Below, piece after piece: positions 21,801 to 22,027 of a stretch of 22,027 nucleotides of DNA (position 1 is its first letter; every line of letters starts with the position of its first letter). The translations under genes and the position numbers were made by a program. Source of the DNA: Malacoraja senta (taxonomy: Eukaryota); assembly GCA_038087875.1 (NCBI GenBank), contig CM076002.1, positions 620,001 through 642,027 on the forward strand. The letters run 5' to 3'. The notes under the pieces are model-generated. The model worked only from the letters and a program-made list of their open reading frames with translations, was not told where the DNA came from and ran no database searches.

Positions 21801-22027
21801 TTTCCCTTGCAACCGCAAGAGATGCAACACTTGTCCCTTCACCTCCCCCCTCCACTCCATTCAAGGACCCAAGCAGTCGTTCCAGGTGCGACAGAGGTTC
21901 ACCTGCATCTCCTCCAACCTCATCTATTGCATTTGCTGCTCTAGATGCCAGCTGATCTACATCGGTGAGACCAAGCGGAGGCTTGGCGATCGTTTCGCCG
22001 AGCACCTCCGGTCGGTCCGCAATAACC
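18841..22027 (+). CDS. Penelope RT plus GIY-YIG endonuclease polyprotein, partial and uninterrupted (frame +1)
   Basis: Manual translation shows no stop from 18631 to the window end. Motifs: LSRGLTF, IKPADKGG, LPKIHK, GRPIVS, MDVQSLYTSIP, GVVMGTRMGP, RYIDD (YIDD 21148-21159), PFLDL, CNRKRCNTC and LIYCICCSRCQLIYIGET..RFAEH. Confidence 0.93.
18986..19700. repeat. Coding tandem repeats in the Penelope N-terminal region: 42 bp x2, 27 bp x~3, 78 bp x~3.7
   Basis: The 42-bp units start at 18986 and 19028. The 27-bp units span 19214-19290. The 78-bp units start at 19408, 19486, 19564 and 19642. Confidence 0.95.

Larger units (their letters stand above)
18808..22027 (+). mobile_element. Penelope-like retroelement (Neptune type), running off the right edge
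   Basis: A single ORF with Penelope-type RT, a Cys-rich linker and a GIY-YIG endonuclease. The 5' boundary is approximate. Confidence 0.93.

Noticed and set aside
18883..22005. Many listed ORFs in frames +2/+3 and on the minus strand
   Set aside because: Shadow ORFs of the real frame +1 Penelope ORF in C-rich sequence.

Overview
Eukaryotic, fully repeat-derived DNA: a nested transposon cluster with no host gene, RNA gene or CRISPR array that I can support. The CR1 (GTTTCTAT)n tails and the skate-type Penelope repeat suggest a cartilaginous fish (inference). Left to right: the 5' part of a CR1 LINE (-, 1-856) with 20-bp and 90-bp tandem arrays in its leader; a decayed RTE-X LINE (+); an old Penelope fragment; and the 3' half of a Gypsy element (-, 3547-10705). 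The Gypsy LTR holds a 0.9-kb non-coding retroposon, and its pol is split by a CR1 LINE that itself holds a Rex1 LINE. Next is a structurally complete but mutated DIRS tyrosine-recombinase retrotransposon (+, 10703-15492), then a hAT end, decayed Rex1/CR1 pieces, a 146-bp solo LTR and a degenerate hammerhead-like repeat. The window ends in a Neptune-type Penelope element whose stop-free frame of over 1,100 codons is missed by the ORF track. I see no clear new biological system. The best leads are the mismatched DIRS flanks, the repeat-expanded Penelope ORF and the structured non-coding retroposon. Family calls come from motif recognition, not database searches.
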